NCBI GenBank assembly: GCA_040437565.1
Contig: JBDOQK010000056.1
Span: 62,001 to 126,000 of the forward strand
Reading direction: 5' to 3'
Source of the DNA: Albugo candida
Lineage: Eukaryota
Length of the DNA: 64,000 nucleotides
Below the pieces are notes generated by a model. That model saw only the letters and a program-made list of their open reading frames with translations. It was not told where the DNA came from and did no database searches. A program made the position numbers and the translations under genes. This document shows positions 62,401 to 64,000 of this stretch, piece after piece. Numbering within the stretch: the stretch's first letter is position 1; every line of letters starts with the position of its first letter.

Positions 62401-64000
62401 GTAAATCAATCGCTTGGTCGCTGGAGGTCCAAACATACGTCCGGAACGCTTATCGATCGGAGACTCGAGCTGTTGCTGTAGCTTGAAGGAATCCGTGTAG
62501 TAATTCATATTGATGATCGAATGTATCATTCCTTCGTCTATTTCGCGGAGGTATTTCTTCAGAATCGTTGTTTTTCCTGTTCCACTGCCACCCACCAACA
62601 TAGCCGGACGCTGGCGAGAGACTAACGTATCGATAAGGAATCGGATACGAACAGTGTCCATCGTCGACACGACGATCGCATTGAATGGGCTGTCGTGTTG
62701 TCCGATGCATTGAGGCACATACTTTGGCACTTTAGCAGACCAATGCTCCAAATCGTTTGTCTCGGCGTTGTAAAAGTAATCAAAGCATAAGCCTTCCTTC
62801 GGGTACCGAATGCCTGTCGTTGTCGTACTGGAGCTCGTATTCGACGTAGCGGGCGCTGATGAAGTAGCTGTTCCACTACTTCTTGTACCGCTGGAGCCTT
62901 CCGAAAGAGAAGAAAACATCGACATCCAAAGCTCATGAAAGTTTTTACGATAATCCACACTTTTATCCGTCGTCAGGGGTCCACCAAACGCCCACGTCGC
63001 ACAGAATACAAACACCACTTCCACGACTTCCTGTGTCTTCTTCTCGGGCACAAGTAGCGGTAAAAGTCCTTCCAATAAGTAGCAAATCGTAGACACCTGA
63101 TTGATCAATCGAACGGGAACCACTTGCTTGAAGCCTTTACGCATTATATCGGCTACAGGATCCACATACTTTTCAAAAAGAACGGGTAAGAAGGTCTTCT
63201 CCGCTTCATCCGATCGATCCGCGATCCACGATTCCACAAAAGGCCTCCATCCAATGTCCGTCTCGTTGATGTAGAGGATCCCTGCACGCGATACGGTCGC
63301 AGGTGTCGCGTTCTTTAACGAATTGATTTCGAATACCATTCGCATTGCATTACTCAATGGAATCCTCTCATTAGAAACCAGCGTCAAGACTTTATTATCG
63401 TCCATGACCGTGTTCATCGACTCGATCCATACGGCGTCAATGTCTCCGTCGAGCACGACCCATTTATACGTCTGTGACTCGGAGAAGCCTTGTTCTGCGT
63501 AGTTTTTCGACATTCCTCGCATGATGATCGATAACACTCCATCTTTCCAGTCTTTCGACAGCGTCATGTACCCATACAGCTCGTCGGAAGTCACTGCTTT
63601 GGGATTCAATGTCTCATACACACATACTTTCTTCTCCTTGTCGAGATTCCAACATTTTGCCAAGGTCTGCCACGTCGTTGTCTTGGCGCATCCCGCGGGA
63701 CCCAAAAGCATCACCGAATGACGAACATCGATAAGCTCTTGCAATTGACACACTTTGAGCACGAAGCTGTCTTCATGCTGGAGATTGTGCTGTTTGCACA
63801 CAGTGACGCATTTTTCTTTGAGAGTTGCATTCACTTTCGGAAGCACTTCTGTTCCAATGAATAAATCTTTGATAAGTCGTAAGAAAATCGGTGTGTCGTG
63901 ATGCGGGATCTTGGGCGTGTTAAAGTCTCGCAGCGCACGCATCAGCACTTTGTCTTCGTGGACGTCAGGCTCTGCTCGTTTCAAGATCCCCGCCACGCGT
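56422..64000 (-). CDS. Axonemal dynein heavy chain, outer-arm beta (DNAH9/11/17)-like, 5'-partial
   Basis: Intronless 2524-aa ORF with P-loops GPAGCAKT, GGSGTGKT and GVGGSGKQS, stalk coiled coil, RWPLVIDPQLQG, YGGHIVNDFDR and terminal RWVLAGVALIM. Confidence 0.95.
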   Translation of the reverse strand, partial: RVAGILKRAEPDVHEDKVLMRALRDFNTPKIPHHDTPIFLRLIKDLFIGTEVLPKVNATLKEKCVTVCKQHNLQHEDSFVLKVCQLQELIDVRHSVMLLGPAGCAKTTTWQTLAKCWNLDKEKKVCVYETLNPKAVTSDELYGYMTLSKDWKDGVLSIIMRGMSKNYAEQGFSESQTYKWVVLDGDIDAVWIESMNTVMDDNKVLTLVSNERIPLSNAMRMVFEINSLKNATPATVSRAGILYINETDIGWRPFVESWIADRSDEAEKTFLPVLFEKYVDPVADIMRKGFKQVVPVRLINQVSTICYLLEGLLPLLVPEKKTQEVVEVVFVFCATWAFGGPLTTDKSVDYRKNFHELWMSMFSSLSEGSSGTRSSGTATSSAPATSNTSSSTTTTGIRYPKEGLCFDYFYNAETNDLEHWSAKVPKYVPQCIGQHDSPFNAIVVSTMDTVRIRFLIDTLVSRQRPAMLVGGSGTGKTTILKKYLREIDEGMIHSIINMNYYTDSFKLQQQLESPIDKRSGRMFGPPATKRLIYFIDDLNLPFVETYGTQNALALLRQHLDYKTIFDRTDLGFRKEIVDVQFLSAMNPTAGSFLIDERLQRHYAIFSCLMPSREDLRTIYNSILRGHLIGENGSYGSFSSAITEASEVFVNLSILLHEEMVSKFLPSATKFVYNWNMREISNIFQGLTRSRPENFITTISFATLWVHEATRVFCDRLINEDDIAKFHRHIRELAKKLLPGDVDLSVLFGDAVEVPFVNIFTDFASPPVGSEKSYTAVSSMKQLNKVLMEQLEDYNSKYSMMKLELFDNAMEHVTRIVRIIGNPGGNAMLIGVGGSGKQSLSRLAAHICGFDVRQLAITSNVRIEDFKESLQEMIKAAGVQGIPTVFLVTDSQIVNERFLVYINDMLSSGWIPDLFAKEDLDGVLGSLRNEAKANGVPDTLDALMEFLLERVQNNFRIIMCFSPVGAVFRIRARRFPGLINCAVIDWFHPWPRDALVRVATSFLEKIPDLIPEQANDPEAPRLQDSLANHMADVHISVTEMSKKYYETQRRYNYVTPKSFLELISFYEILLQAKKAEIQKQITRLDDGLSTLRKTAADVAELQVDLKHTMLKVAEKQASTDQLLEQMGREKAAAEVQQDYANKEKQKAEAASAAAAELAAQAEKELSQAKPAMDAAASAVDCLSKPAITELKSLPKPPAGVDNVTKACLILVEKEYKNHKWDRAKKMMNNAGAFLDALKEFKGEDIPEADIARIEPLVADPEFTAEKMASKSSAAANLCSWVVNIYTFNRIYVRVKPLMDSLEASKKKKEEAEDQLARAMSQVAEVQKRLEVLENTLRQATEEKLKVEQMKESCENRLALAGKLVNGLASENERWGIEIEQLKHSGVMVVGNSLLAAAFVSYIGAFDQTVRKELWQQKWFPDLVAKGIPITDGIDPLSLLTTEGKNAKMMSDGLPADRISIENGAIITSCKRWPLVIDPQLQGIKWLREKEKDRNLIVLQLSQHGWLRKMESAIVNGSVVIIENISEEIDPTLDPVLGRAVYKKGGSSTSLYLKLAGEEVQYDLNFFMYLQTKLSNPHYKPEIAAQCTLINFIATESGLEDQLLEKVVKKEQPELERQKQELVVAFQKFKIDLVELEDQLLERLANAPDDILSDVPLIESLEETKKKATDISISVKRNQETEIIINTTREWYRPVAAEGAMLYFLLTTLSAIDHMYRYSLDSFITFFYNAIDRALPSDKQQERVSNLRESLRLTTYTWVSRGLFEAHKLIFLCQLTFNLMQRGILGDDVRVPDSYMQFLVRGPKKFSANDSEGDQNPIEWLPTSQWIGINALAQLEEFAKLPQDMKEASSRFREWYNHPTPESEKLPLDWATLDRTPFLKLLVVRCLRRDRVTVAMSEFIRRVLPNGSNYCDCDSALNSIQVMDSAYSDSTPSTPLYFILSPGADVVAGVDKLSVKYGFERGVSYHNVSMGQGQDIYAMDRLEVAHRSGHWVILNNIHLMPRWLVLLEKKLDEFALEGSHKAFRLFLTSDPSNAIPIGVLNRCIKLTNEPPSGLKANLKRAFVSFPKDYIEEAEGKIKSILFGLCHFHAVLMERKMYGPLGFNMMYPFSLGDLRDSAICLQNYMDNSAGGKIPWADLKYIFGEIMYGGHIVNDFDRLLANTYLDFYMRDELLDEMEMFPFIVDEKGPSFMSISPSSYDKYLEHIETELKTDSPLAFGLHPNAEINFRTTQSDTLFQTLMELQPRDAASGDSTMSPLEVAKTAAEMIISRVGEKKFDCDDIIRNLEDMGPYQNVFLQECDAMNVLLAEITRSLSELQLGFAGELTISDAMEAVQDSLFLDRVPKSWEKFAYPSLRPLGSWLVNLEQRLQQLEEWTQNPSEIPRVTWISGMINPQSFLTAIMQVTAQKNQWELDKLVIQTDVLKRKNIEIDAPSRDGAYIHGLSLMGARWDAQNNTIDKSHPKEMYCPMPVINCKAIAAEKLDTKGSYLCPCYKTESRGPTYVFSAQMKTKSVSARWVLAGVALIMDIV

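Noticed and set aside
56491-63721. Numerous short ORFs overlapping the dynein gene (likewise within AQR and HRQ1)
   Set aside because: Alternative-frame or antisense by-products of long coding regions.

Overview
Gene-dense eukaryotic DNA with short GT-AG introns, flagellar genes, TTTAGGG repeats and CCG-effector-like relics. It is most consistent with an oomycete of the Albugo (white rust) type, which is an inference. About 20 protein genes can be recognised: CFAP57-like WD40 protein, UPF2, SLC25A44-like carrier, Hrq1/MrfA helicase, IFI27-like fusion, Gon7 candidate, DDX49, E3BP/PDHX-like subunit, Sec66, a PH-domain protein, C9orf78/Tls1, a CC1-box coiled-coil protein, complex I NUXM, OTC, Aquarius, a UvrD-PD-(D/E)XK helicase-nuclease and an outer-arm dynein heavy chain. 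They are separated by gene-poor islands holding a decayed Copia element, a BED/hAT-like relic, CCG-like pseudogenes and an inverted paralogous segment. Six of the nine 100-N gaps are flanked by near-exact overlaps, so these are assembly artefacts. The most interesting observations are: (1) a catalytically dead E3BP-like protein lacking the PSBD but carrying a KGD4/MRPS36-type PLIKFLGKR motif in its place; (2) a bacterial AdnAB/AddAB-like helicase-nuclease with introns and a presequence-like N-terminus; (3) an IFI27/ISG12 domain fused to an unrecognised 70-aa tandem domain; (4) a tail-anchored CC1-box dynein-adaptor candidate; (5) a candidate stramenopile Gon7. All family calls come from motif recognition by eye, and no searches were run.
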